Source: Octopus sinensis
Taxonomy: Eukaryota
NCBI RefSeq assembly: GCF_006345805.1
Contig: NC_043011.1
Location: 37,956,464 to 38,020,463 of the forward strand
DNA: 64,000 nucleotides
Direction of reading: 5' to 3'
The translations under genes and the position numbers were made by a program. Numbering within the stretch: position 1 is the first letter of the stretch; each line of letters opens with the position of its first letter. Positions 52,377 through 64,000 of this stretch are shown piece after piece. A model generated the notes under the pieces. That model was not told the DNA's origin. It did not search any database and worked only from the letters and a program-made list of their open reading frames with translations.

Positions 52377-52769
52377 TATATTTAGCAAGTTTTTTTTTCC
52401 CCAAATTTGCTCATCTGTATGGAAATTAAACTCTCCTATAAGATAATATATTCCAACTGTGTTACTGCATTGTCCGTAAGCAGAATATTAAGGGTTTAAA
52501 TTTGTCTAACGTTTTATTCGTATTTCAAGATTGTAAGGGGGAATTTCGTTGGGTTTCTATTACTAACAGTCCAAATGATCTCGTGCACAGAGTGTTTCGG
52601 TCTTTTGCCTTTAGCTGAAGTTTCGTTGATATAAAATTTGGTATTACCAGTTGTGAAAAAGATGGTCCTGTAAAGACTATTATCTGATCTCTTTTGATTA
52701 CACGTAAATAATGCATAGAATCTTATTGCCAATCAGATATCCCCCTTTCGCACTGCCTCTCACACACTA

Positions 52770-52813
<44 letters not shown>

Positions 52814-52830
52814 TGTCTCTCGTTCTCTCC

Positions 52831-52889
<59 letters not shown>

Positions 52890-52997
52890 CGTATCTGCCT
52901 ATCAATCTATCTCTTTCTCTTACTTGTCATTTGCCATCTTTCCTCCGTCCCACTATCTCTCACTCTCTCTGTCTCTGTCTCTGTCTCTGTCTGTCTG

Positions 52998-53049
<52 letters not shown>

Positions 53050-53055
53050 TCTCAG
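52770..53055. repeat. (CT)n/(ATCT)n compound microsatellite
   Basis: Directly visible. Confidence 0.96.
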
Positions 53056-53525
53056 TAAATCATATTCAAAACGGTTCTTCATATTTACACACAAAAATTT
53101 CTTCAGAATCTGCTAGTTTGAAACAACCAATAAGTTACTTATCTTATTTGGAAGAGAAAGAAAATCGAAGAAAAACGAAGACAAAAAGTAACGTTCTTCT
53201 GTTTCGTGTTATTTGTTGTTTATTTCATTCATTTCTTTGTTGTTGTCATTACAGACACGAATTGATTATCAAATGTTCACATCACATCAATTGTTTTTTT
53301 CTTCTTTTTTTTTTCCTCAGCTTCATTTCCTAGTCTTTGCGTGACATATTCCAAATAATTTATTGCTACAATGTTGCAAGATTCCAGAGTTGGCACATAT
53401 GGCTCCATCTTATCTCAGTTTAGACATCTCATTTTATTTGCATTTGTATTTTATTTCACATGGCCTTCACCACCGCTGCCGTCCTCTTTCGCCATCTGTT
53501 CATCCCCATGTCCTCTTATAAACAT

Positions 53526-53686
<161 letters not shown>

Positions 53687-54176
53687 TAGGGACCTCTCTC
53701 TCTCTCTTGCTCTGTCTTTCTCTCTCACGCACACACACATGCATACACTTACATACACTCTCCGTCTTTGCCTCCCCTTCTGTCCTTCTCTATTGCTCTC
53801 CTCCTCCTCCAATTTCCACTTTATATTGATGTTGTCTTATCTTTCGAAATCCATACTCCAAATACGTACTTTCTCTCCTTCTCTCTCTTCTTCGTGATTT
53901 CTTTATTTTATTTATTTATTTATTTATTTATACTTCTTATCTTTCTTCTCTTTTCTCTCTGCTTCCCAAGTGTACCCATTTTACCATGCTTTTCTACATC
54001 ATTTCCACTTTTGTTCTCATCATATCTCAAAAGTTTCGGTACGAATTCATACAAAGAAACCTAATTCATATCACGTAAGTGTTATTTCCGCTATTCATCA
54101 TAATATCGCTTTATCACCTTCTTGTAGGAGCAGTTCAGCATGAGCAGCGCACACCCCTACCTCATTACAAGAATTA

Positions 54177-54245
<69 letters not shown>

Positions 54246-55022
54246 TTTATGTTTGTATATATGTATGTATATATGTGTGTGCGTATGAATGACTTTATGT
54301 ATGTACGTCTGTATCGTTATTATATTTGTACATGTGCGTGTGCGTCTATTTTCGTGTCTCCGTTCTGTTCATGTTCTTTTATAATATAAAATGTTTTAAA
54401 ATGAACGTGTGTCTCCAATCCAGTCAATGTAATTATCCAAACTGACTGCGAACTTCTATACACACTTCTTGCTAAGCTATTCCTATCTCGTTTAGTATTA
54501 GCTGCATAGGTAATTAACTGACCTAGCATTAAACTTTATCACCTATAGATAGTCGTTATCGGATTACAATTTACATAACACCTACAGCTCTTTCCTTCTA
54601 TAGCATATCTAAGACATGACGATCATTGTTGCTGATACTTGCAAGTTCTTAATCAGCTCAGAACGTGCAGTACTGTGAGATAAGACCATCTACCTACGAC
54701 CAAATCTTTTATTTTAGCTATTTTATATTTAGAACTACATTACCCAAAGTGTCATCTTCTTAAATAGTTGGGTATGATTCAAGAAGGGATTTACACCTTT
54801 TTCAACCAACTTAAGCGGCCACATTCTGTTTCTCTAGGCAATTCAGTAAATAGGATGTCAGCATGCTTATCATAGCGTCAATGGATAGTATAATATCTCC
54901 AGCACACTATTCATCTTCTCGTTCACTGTCATACAATTCATTCCCACAAGGCCTGTTTAAACACACACACACACACATACACACACATATATATATGTAT
55001 GATATATATATATATATATGTT

Positions 55023-55070
<48 letters not shown>

Positions 55071-55959
55071 ATGTATGTATATGTATGTATGTAATGTGCA
55101 TGCATGTATGTCTTCGTATGTGTATGTCTGTGTGGATGTGTGCGTGTATGCATCATGGCAGCTATAAGAATCACAAGCGATCAATATGGAATTAATGAAA
55201 ATTTGCTATCAACTTGTAGCAACCGATCAAAATATGAAAATTCTAATTCGAGAAGAATGGCACCATCTAAACTGACTTGTCCTCAACGCAGGCATTAATA
55301 GTTCAACCAAACCTTAATAAAATTGGCACCAGTGAAGTAATGGGTCTCGATGTGGCTGATTAGTCAGCTAGGAAGAGAAATGAATTATAAATTGCAAATT
55401 ACGCTATACCATCGTCAAAAGTTAGAGCATGTTAGAAGATTTGGCAACCCTTCTTAAATAGAAGTGATGCGGAAAAATAAAATATCATTGAGCATGTAAT
55501 TTTTTATCAGAGTTGGCCAGGGCTAGAAAAAATAACAATGGATAACAAATAGCCTATAGTTCTTAAGAAGATTGGACTAAAAGGTCATGGTTGGTGCACG
55601 TTGATTATGTTTTATCTTTTATAAGATCTGCTCAAGTGCTAAACAAAAACATATACAAGGCTTCTATGGTTACGCGTAACTCTACATCTGCTCATGTCAA
55701 GCCTAGGAAAAAATATTTCTAGGAAATCTGATGGTTTCCAGGCCATACAGTTCTTGCCTCTCCAATGTTTATATAAGGAACCGATGTTCATCGGAAGAAT
55801 ATTTTGTCGACTGAATTTGAATAAAAATCTTGCCTTTGTGTGCTCTACTCACATGCGTCAGAATTACGAGATTTAACCTCCAAACTGAAATTCGAAATCG
55901 GAGTACAGAGACTTTCATGAAATATTATGATACTTTGAAGCAAGAAGTTTTCTTCCCAA

Positions 55960-56356
55960 CCACATTGTTCTGGATTTAGTCCCACAACATAGTAGCTTGG
56001 GTAAGTGTGTTTTGTTATTAGAACCCCAGGCCATTTAAAGAACTGTGAGTGAATTCAATAAACGGAAACTGAAACACCGCCGTGCATATATATATATATA
56101 TATATACATATATATATGTGTGTGTGTGTGTGTGTATGTGTGTGTATGTGTGTGTGTGTGTTTGTGTGTGTGGCATTGTGTCCATGTTTATCTCCTACTT
56201 ATGTGCGTAAGTCGCTCGTAACATAGTGGTTGGCAAAGGAGACCGATATAATAAGTACTAGCTTTTAAGAGATGATAAGTTATGTGGTCGCTTCGTTCAG
56301 CTAAACTTCTTCAAAGAGGTACCTCGGCATGGACGCTACTCAATTACTAAAGCAAG
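55960..56356 (+). mobile_element. Old SINE family B copy
   Basis: Decayed gtccca...gcttgggtaagtg, aaacggaaactgaaa and ggagaccgatataataagtact. Confidence 0.55.
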
Positions 56357-56749
56357 CGTGGAGGCGCAATGGCCCAGTGGTTAGGGCAGCGGACTCGCGG
56401 TCATAGGATCGCGGTTTCGATTCCCAGACCGGGCGTTGTAAGTGTTTATTGAGCGAAAACACCTAAAAGCTCCACGAGGCTCCGGCAGGGGATGGTGGTG
56501 ATCCCTGCTGTACTCTTTCACCACAACTTTCTCTCACTCTTACTTCCTGTTTCTGTTGTACCTGTACTTCAAAGGGGCCGGCCTTGTCACTCTCTGTGTC
56601 ACGCTGAATATTCCCCGAGAACTACGTTAAGGGTACACGTGTCTGTGGAGTGCTCAGCCACTTACACGTTAATTTCACGAGAAGGCTGTTCCGTTGATTC
56701 GGATCAACCGGAACCCTCGTCGTCGGAACCGATGGAGTGCTTCCATTCC
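56357..56749 (+). mobile_element. SINE family D, full length with 11-bp TSD
   Basis: tRNA-like head ggcgcaatggcccagtggttag...gtttcgattcc. TSD actaaagcaag at 56346-56356 and 56750-56760. Confidence 0.92.
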
Positions 56750-58039
56750 ACTAAAGCAAGTAAAGATTCTATCCGAAGCTCTAAGGAGTCTGTCAAATCG
56801 GGAAAAGAACAAAATTAACTTAATTTCGTGGAATAATAATAATAATAAATTTATAGAACAGAAAAAAACATTGTAACGTCATGGATGGTTCATATTTGAT
56901 CATAGTTCATATTTGATCATAGTGAGGGTTTCAACGGAACTAAATGACATAACTTAAAGTTATGATTCTTCTCCTGCATGAATCATTTCTTTAAGTCTCC
57001 TACCAGCCAGCACGATAGACGTCAGATTATTGTGGAAAATTTTAGTTATTAAATAATGTTTTGACACAAAACACATTCTTCCACTTTTTATCCACGACCA
57101 AAATCTTCGAATTAGTTATTGCAATACGCTGGGCAATACAAACCACTATATTAAACTTTCATTGCAGCGATCTTATAAGGCAACTTCAGCGCAGTCATTC
57201 GATTGACCTGTTTACAATGGCATCGACACATGAGAAGGCTCTTAATATAAGAATAGTATATTGCTTAATACAGTCCTTGATACATGTATAAAAGCGTAAA
57301 TAAATATGGTCTAGACCGCCCATAACTGTGGTAGACCCGGTGTTAAACTGTAATAATAAAATTTGTTTGAATATTGCTATGGAACCAATGTATATATTAA
57401 CTGCACTATTACACTGCAAAAATCTCTTAAATCTAACGTGAGATGTTATTGGATGATATCAAATATAAGTTTGTTATTCCAATCGCCAAACTGAATAAAT
57501 CTATATACAGTTCTGCATACAAAAGCAAATCACAAACATATGTTGTCTATGAACAAACGCTCTTCAATCTGTTCTGTTGTATCCACGTAAATCTATTACA
57601 AAATTGTGCGTCAGAACACTTATTATTATCAGTTACATATTATGGATTGGGGAAACTCATAAATTTGCTGTGCTGTGCTAAGAGATAAGAAAAAGCAAGC
57701 TGTCAAATAACTTCAGCTAAACTTAAAATAAATATTAACAAAAATTTAAGATAATAGTAAAATAAAGAGGTTTTACATTATAAAAGTTAGCACCTCCAAA
57801 AATTTCAGGAATTATTTATGTAAAGAGCGATTGGTTTAAACTCAGATAGGCATATTTAGTAGCTTTCAAGATTTAAAGATTACAATCTCGGTAGCAATAA
57901 AGTACAAGGTTGCGGCATCTTATCTAGACTTGGAGGTAGGACTATTGCCAGCAGATGGATGCATACTAGGATTAAGATTATCTAGTGATATATGTAGTCT
58001 TTACAGTGCAATTTTTTGATTATTTCTTATTTTTGTTTT

Positions 58040-58430
58040 GTCCACAAGGGACTAAACAAGGACAGACAAAGGGATTACGTGGATTACTTAGACCCCAGTT
58101 CGTAACTGGTACTTAAGTTATCGACCCCGAAAGGATGAAAGGCAAAGTCGATCTCGGCGGAATTTGAGCTCAGAACACAACGACAGACGAAATACCTATT
58201 TCTTTACAGCCCACAAGGGGCTAAACACAAAGAGGACAAACAAGGACAGACAAACAGATTAAGTCGATTACATCGACACCAGTGCGTAACTGGTACTTAT
58301 TTAATCGACCCCGAAAGGATGAAAGGCAAAGTCGACCTCGGCGGAATTTGATCTCAGAACGTAGCGACAGACGAAATACTGCTAAGCATTTAGCCCGGCG
58401 TGCTAACGTTTCTGCCAGCTCGCCGCCTTT
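58040..58430 (-). mobile_element. SINE family A head-to-tail dimer
   Basis: Two bodies joined at cagacgaaatacctatttctttac. Confidence 0.85.
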
Positions 58431-59591
58431 TTGATTATTTCATTAGTTTCCTTCTAAAGAGTGTGGCCATGGTGAACATCTTCCTCAACATTCCTTAATT
58501 CAATTGTTTTATAACACTTGTGGCATCTTGTCGGAAGCTTTTTATCTTTTTAATTTCCATCGGTTTCCTGATGGATAACCTTGACATAAAATGATGGAAC
58601 TCGGACGGAATTATTATTTAAATCAATGTTTGAGGTTAGAGTCACTGATATTGGTTGGTTACCTCGCTGCACTTTACATTATACAGGAGTCTCTCAGGAC
58701 TAGACTAAAGCATCATTAGGAAACCGAGAAAATGAGAGATTTTGCCTAGTTGTCTGAAGTAAAAGAATTAAAATCAAATAACCATGAAATTATACCTTAC
58801 TACTGCTGAAATGAAAGATGCGCATCAAAGTAAATGCATTTTTAGCTGTTCTATGCATAACACTAGCACCAGATGGTTATGCTTGGGACATGTGGTACAT
58901 AATCACAGAAAACAACCATAATGCAGTAACGAACGATTTGAAAAGCACATGCATTTGTAGGTGAATATTCTTCAAAATGTTATATCCTCTAAAAACGAAA
59001 GGAAGCATAAAATACAGGAAGTAGTTCTAAATATAATACGTTAGGAAACAAAAACAAGGGCGATTTTGGTTGGAATATTTCTTCTTTAATATATTTTAGA
59101 TGCTCCTTAATTGTATTTGTTTTGCTAAATGATATTTCAATGTACTTCCAAGCTGGCTTTGTATAATTCATAGCGGAATTAAAATATCGGCAAAAATGGT
59201 TGCTCTGATTTGAAACAATGTTTTGTTTTAAATTGTTACTTTAAGTTACCTCTATATGTGTGTCTTATTTTCTATTTGTTTCTTTAAGAAATCAACAAAA
59301 ACTACTTCAGACAATGTACAGAAATCAACATAAAAATATTGTAATTACAATATTTAGAGAGTGATGCTCCAGCATAGATGTCAAGTGATCTTCAAAATGA
59401 AAACTAATAAACGAATTGTACAAAACAGACTACACATTTCACCAAATCTGTTCCCTATATGTACCAGTCTGTTTGCAACCATCTCATTTCTAAGACAAAA
59501 TATTCATAGCACGTAAACAAAATGTGATTAATTATAACTATAACAACAACGAGAGCAACGTGTTATGAAAAGCAGTAAGGGAGGCTTAGAA

Positions 59592-60870
59592 CGGTGGTTC
59601 GCAAAAGGTGTGCCGGGGCGCACTGGTGCGCCACAGAAGATATATAGGTTGCGCCTTGAGATTTTCCAGAGACGTGCATTCAGATATAAAGAAGTAAATG
59701 CATAGCTACTTTCTTATGTTAAATTTATAACAACATCACTCTTCTTTGCAACGAACAGCTAGCTTCGAGCCTGCAAGCAGGTTCGATACGCGTTGCGAAC
59801 ACACGTTTTGAACGAGATTTGAACGACTCTGCAACAGCCAAGCATGCAACAGTATGGCATTTGCAGGCAGTGGTAAGAGACGGGATGTTTTTATTGTGTT
59901 AAACAGGCATTCAGAGTGGAAGTGTTGTTATTTTTTACTCGCACAAAAGTACACCTATACAAAATGGATAGGTTTCTTATTAAAAAGAAGCGTGATATTC
60001 ATGAATATAAACCTGGAAGTGAGCAAAACTTAAGTGAAACAAGTTGTTCAAATAAGAAACTGAAACCGCAGCCTACACGCAAGTACGATTAAGTTATTTA
60101 AGCTTTGGTTTCACATGGATTGGAAGTGAAGACCATCCTTTGCCGCTATGTTTAGTATGTGGATAGAAAATGTCAAAGGAATCATTGCTTCCAAGTAAAC
60201 TCAGCAAACAGCAAACATTTAAAAACTAAACATCCTCAGTTACAACATAAATCTACAATTTATTTTAAAAGATTGTCTGAACAGCAAACTAAAGTGGCAA
60301 ATTCTTTCATAAATAAAATGAGTCTCCGAGAAAGCTTAAATCGCTTCCTACCAAATCATGCCCTACCCCCACTCAAATCCCCCACTCTGGAATGTTCAAG
60401 AATCATTCATCCCCTTCCTCCTCTTTCCCCTCTCAAATCCCCCGCTGCTATATCTACTAACCGTGGATTAATGATGAAACACAAGGAATTGTCACTTCAG
60501 GCTTTCTGGATTTCTGTAAAAGATGAATATGTTTCGATTTCTGAAAAACTTCTTACAATTTTGCTACAATTTTCAACTTCATATCTATGGGAATTGGGAT
60601 TTTCCACCCTTTCTACTATGAAGTACGAAAAGCGAGGAAGACTTACATGCATTGATGAAGAAATATGAGTTTGTCTTTCAAACTTGTACCCAAACATTGA
60701 AGAAATTGCCAAGACACATCGAGCCAACGTTTCTCATGAACTCATGAATGAAGAATCTTAAAGTATGCGTTATTGTCTGTTATTGACTTTAGAAATTTGT
60801 ATATGGTGTGCCCACAATTATTTTTATGGATTCAAGAGCGCCCTGACCTCAAACGAGCCAACAACCACTG
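59592..60870 (+). mobile_element. hAT (Buster/Charlie-type) internal-deletion derivative
   Basis: Ends cggtggttcgc / acaaccactg. Decayed 8-bp TSD gctTAgaa / gttTAgat (nnnTAnnn). N-terminal RKYD..YLSFGF..CLVC...HLKTKH zinc-finger region and C-terminal FW...FSTSYLWELGFS dimerisation region. Confidence 0.85.
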
Positions 60871-61653
60871 GTTTAGATGTTCGTTTCGCAACCAAGATGT
60901 TCGCAATTTCATATTACTAAGCTTCGTCTTGGACAACTATCTTTATCTATATTCTAAAGAAGAACGGAGTTATATGAGTGATATGGAATAGGTTGATATT
61001 ATGTGCAAACTCATTGAAATTATCGTATCTTATCTTAAAAGTTATACGTATACAGCCATGCAGTTCAAAAATCGGTATTTCGACACTGAGCACTTTGCGA
61101 TCAAAGTTTATCTGTTAAAAAAACTTGGGCGATTCATTTAGTTTCCTCCTGTTCTTCTCCGAACCACCACGAAGTTCGTGCAATGATTTATGGGCACTAA
61201 ATTCCTTTATTGAACAAAGCTACGAAATATGAATATATACAAACTCACTCCTACGTTCAAATTCCAGCCAATGCTAGCGTAGAAGCTTTTTTCGAGTCTT
61301 CTTCACAAGGCAGCTTTCAATATAAAATAAGTTAAACGTCTTACAATTGCTATTCTTCTCGTATATTCAACATTTATGAGGAGAATGCCAATCAAGTTTG
61401 ACAAATTCTTAAACTGAATGGGAGAAAGATAATTTAAATAAACAGATTCCCCATGAAACATATGAAGGGGATCGAGCAAAACTATTATTTTCACGAACAA
61501 AAAAGAAAATTATTAAATTTTACGTTGAACTCGAGGTCTATAACTTATTTATAAAGGTACCCAGGTATCTGTCCATTCAAAATCTGCAGCGAAATATAAA
61601 ATTCTCTATACGTTGTATGTTATCTATTTTTCAATTATATACATATATATAAA

Positions 61654-61731
<78 letters not shown>

Positions 61732-62217
61732 ATATGTATGTATGTATCTATGTATTATGTATGTATAATAGCGTCTTTACAATGGTTGCAATAGGAATAT
61801 AATAATATTTGCTCAACTTGTTTTCAGAGCAATTATATTATATTTTTTTCTCTCCACATTCTCCTATTGTATTTTCCGCTCTTCCCTATCGTAAAGATTT
61901 CTTCCTTGTTGTTTTTTTTTCCAGTCTCCCTTATTTGAACACAAAACATAACTGCTTAAACTTTTATTACTAGTAAAATGTTCGGATATATTTATTTTTT
62001 ACTCTTATTACAAAGTGGATTTTCATCGAAATCTCTATTCACATATCTATGAGTGAATATAATAACCATCATCATTGGTATTATTTCGGTTGGAAACGCT
62101 GTCCAGGTTTACGAACTCTTCTTTTACTTTTGTATTAATAAATATTGAAAGATTTTAGAGTGAAATGGTGCCTTTGGTTTCTTTTAAATTATATTTATTA
62201 CCATTTTTCCGTGTCAG

Positions 62218-62257
62218 TAACTGTTATATAGCTTGGCAAACTCGAAATATTGAAGCG
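62218..62257 (+). CDS. Candidate 40-nt internal exon (xNCYIAWQTRNIEA), possibly from the 7TM region of a class C GPCR
   Basis: Acceptor ccatttttccgtgtcAG, donor GCG|GTAAGT and one open frame. The peptide recalls the GABA-B-type CFLAWETRNV motif. No partner exons were identified. Confidence 0.3.
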
Positions 62258-62366
62258 GTAAGTTTATCCATTCTCTTCATATATTCTCATTCACATCACC
62301 CAAAATGTATGGACGAGTATCGGTACGTGTATATGTATATACATAGGTAAATGCAAAGGTATATAA

Positions 62367-62422
<56 letters not shown>

Positions 62423-62634
62423 GTGTATGCACACACTCACACAAACACATATTTACAATAATTTACAGATAGTTCTATTAATATTAACAAAAATACTAGC
62501 TATTTATATAGATTTTGCAAGAAAAGAACAGCACTTTCGGTACCCTATTGAAAAACAATACACAGATGCTAGGCATTAATGATCGTTATACAGCATGATC
62601 GAAATCTTGCTAACCATTTATAGTTTGCATTATA

Positions 62635-63017
62635 TCTCTCTATATATAAACGGCTGTTTGTCTGTGCGTGTTTCTGTGTGTCTGTTTTCTTGTACCCTCA
62701 CCCTGACCACGGCTTTCAACCGATTCTGATGAAACTTGACACACACATAGCCCAATGTCATAATTCAAAACTAACGCAGCGAAAATTTTGAAAAGTTCCC
62801 CCAGTTCTGAAAAAAATCGATAAATTCGACATGGAGTCGAGAATCATAAACACAAACCGCAAACTGTCTAGGGGACGCAACTCCACCTTTTTTAACTAAA
62901 AAAAAAATTTACCATCATTTTTTTCCATTTTTTTGCTATTTTTTGGCTATAACTCTCTAAAAATGCTTTATAGTTATCTCCCTTACAAACCTGAGCAACG
63001 CCGGGCGATACTGCTAG
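62635..63017 (+). mobile_element. Non-autonomous Helitron
   Basis: A|TC-TCTCTATATATAAA 5' end, subterminal hairpin cctg-agcaacgc-cggg (62990-63005), and CTAG|T 3' end. Confidence 0.85.
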
Positions 63018-63021
63018 TATA

Positions 63022-64000
63022 TCTCTTATTATAAAAGGCAGATTTTATCTGCCTCCCTTTGGGAGTTATACAAATCTACAATATAGGATTTCTTCAATTA
63101 CAATTTACCTAGCAATTTTAAGAGTACAATGCATCGCGTCATGCCAGGTCCAGTTTTTAAAATTTAAACTCCAATTAAGCAAAATTTACAGAAAACTCAC
63201 ATTCTGGTGTGTGTGTCAAATGCTTTTCTTAGTCTGGTTTACACCAAACGCAAACGCACACACACACAAAGGGAGCGAATTGTTTCACTGACGCTATCAC
63301 CCTTCTCCTCCTTTGTCTTTGCAAGTTGGCAGCTATTAAAGTGAAAACAGTGAATCCGACAGCGATAAAGAAAACGAATTGGTACCTGAATGGAGTGAAA
63401 ATTTAAAAACTGTTCTTTCGGTGAGTTTTCTGAAGAAACTGGACCAAGCCACAGACTTTCCCAGAAGAGTAAAGCCTTAGACTATTTCTATTTACTTTTC
63501 GAATGAGCCTATTTGAAATCATTACGCTAAACGTAAACAAACCGAAAGAAAGGATAGTTTGTTATTTCCCACAATCTTAAATGAAATTAAGGCCTATTTT
63601 GCCATAAATATTATTATGGGTATCAGAAAGTTACCCAGAATAACAAATTCTATTGTAAAATTTTGTTGTATACCCAATTGAATATTAGCTAATAACCCAT
63701 TTTCTATAGCGATGTTTGAACAAAATTTTAATAATTTTACAGAAAGTTACCCAGAATAACAATTCTATCGTAAAATTTTGTTGTATACCCAATTGAATAT
63801 TAGCTAATAACCCATTTTCTATAGCGATTGTTTGAACAAAATTTTAATAATTTTACAGAAAGTTACCCAGAATAACAAACGAGCCCTTCTGGTTATTAGC
63901 GCGCGTCTACGATGAGTCTACGATTTATTTTAAAAAAAATTACCATCATATTTTTCCATTTTAATGCATTTTTTTCGCTTTTATATAAGGGAAGTAACTC
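63022..64000 (+). mobile_element. Second non-autonomous Helitron, directly downstream and cut off by the window end
   Basis: A|TC-TCTTATTATAAAAGG 5' end. The last ~70 bp resemble the subterminal region of 62635-63017 (aaaaaattaccatcat...ttttccatttt). Confidence 0.65.
63624..63879. repeat. 116-bp internal tandem repeat (2.2 copies) inside the Helitron
   Basis: cagaaagttacccagaataac at 63624, 63740 and 63856. Confidence 0.92.

Noticed and set aside
53290-53410. Minus-strand ORF MEPYVPTLESCNIVAINYLEYVTQRLGNEAEEKK
   Set aside because: It is short, lacks convincing splice sites and has no recognisable homology.
54604-54673. AG...GT-bounded exon-like segment
   Set aside because: There are stop codons in all three frames.
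56888-56922. 17-bp tandem duplication gttcatatttgatcata
   Set aside because: An ordinary slippage duplication with no further structure.

Overview
AT-rich, repeat-saturated eukaryotic DNA. The SINE families suggest an octopus or other cephalopod (inference). No intact host gene is recognisable, and almost all short ORFs in the track are microsatellite artefacts. The standout is a 7.9-kb tandem array (22429-30318) of a ~490-493 bp unit sitting in a (TA)n microsatellite. Each of its 16 near-complete units carries a type I hammerhead ribozyme (CUGAUGA...GAAA-CGG-UGCA-UCG-UA, 8-bp stem I) with an unusually long stem II. This fits a non-LTR retrozyme or ribozyme satellite that should yield ~492-nt monomeric or circular RNAs. 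The left three units are inverted with twin-priming-like geometry. About 3 kb downstream, a near-perfect 438-bp palindrome holds two minimal Penelope-type hammerheads, and two decayed hammerhead relics lie elsewhere. The rest is transposon debris: three R4/Dong-clade RLE LINE copies next to (TAA)n, a Tx1/L1-like 3' end, an ORF1/gag-only relic, mariner and hAT deletion derivatives, tandem Helitrons, a hairpin MITE and four tRNA-derived SINE families. Frequent 1-bp homopolymer indels suggest long-read assembly errors, so some frameshifts and unit differences may be artefacts. All RNA folds were derived by eye.
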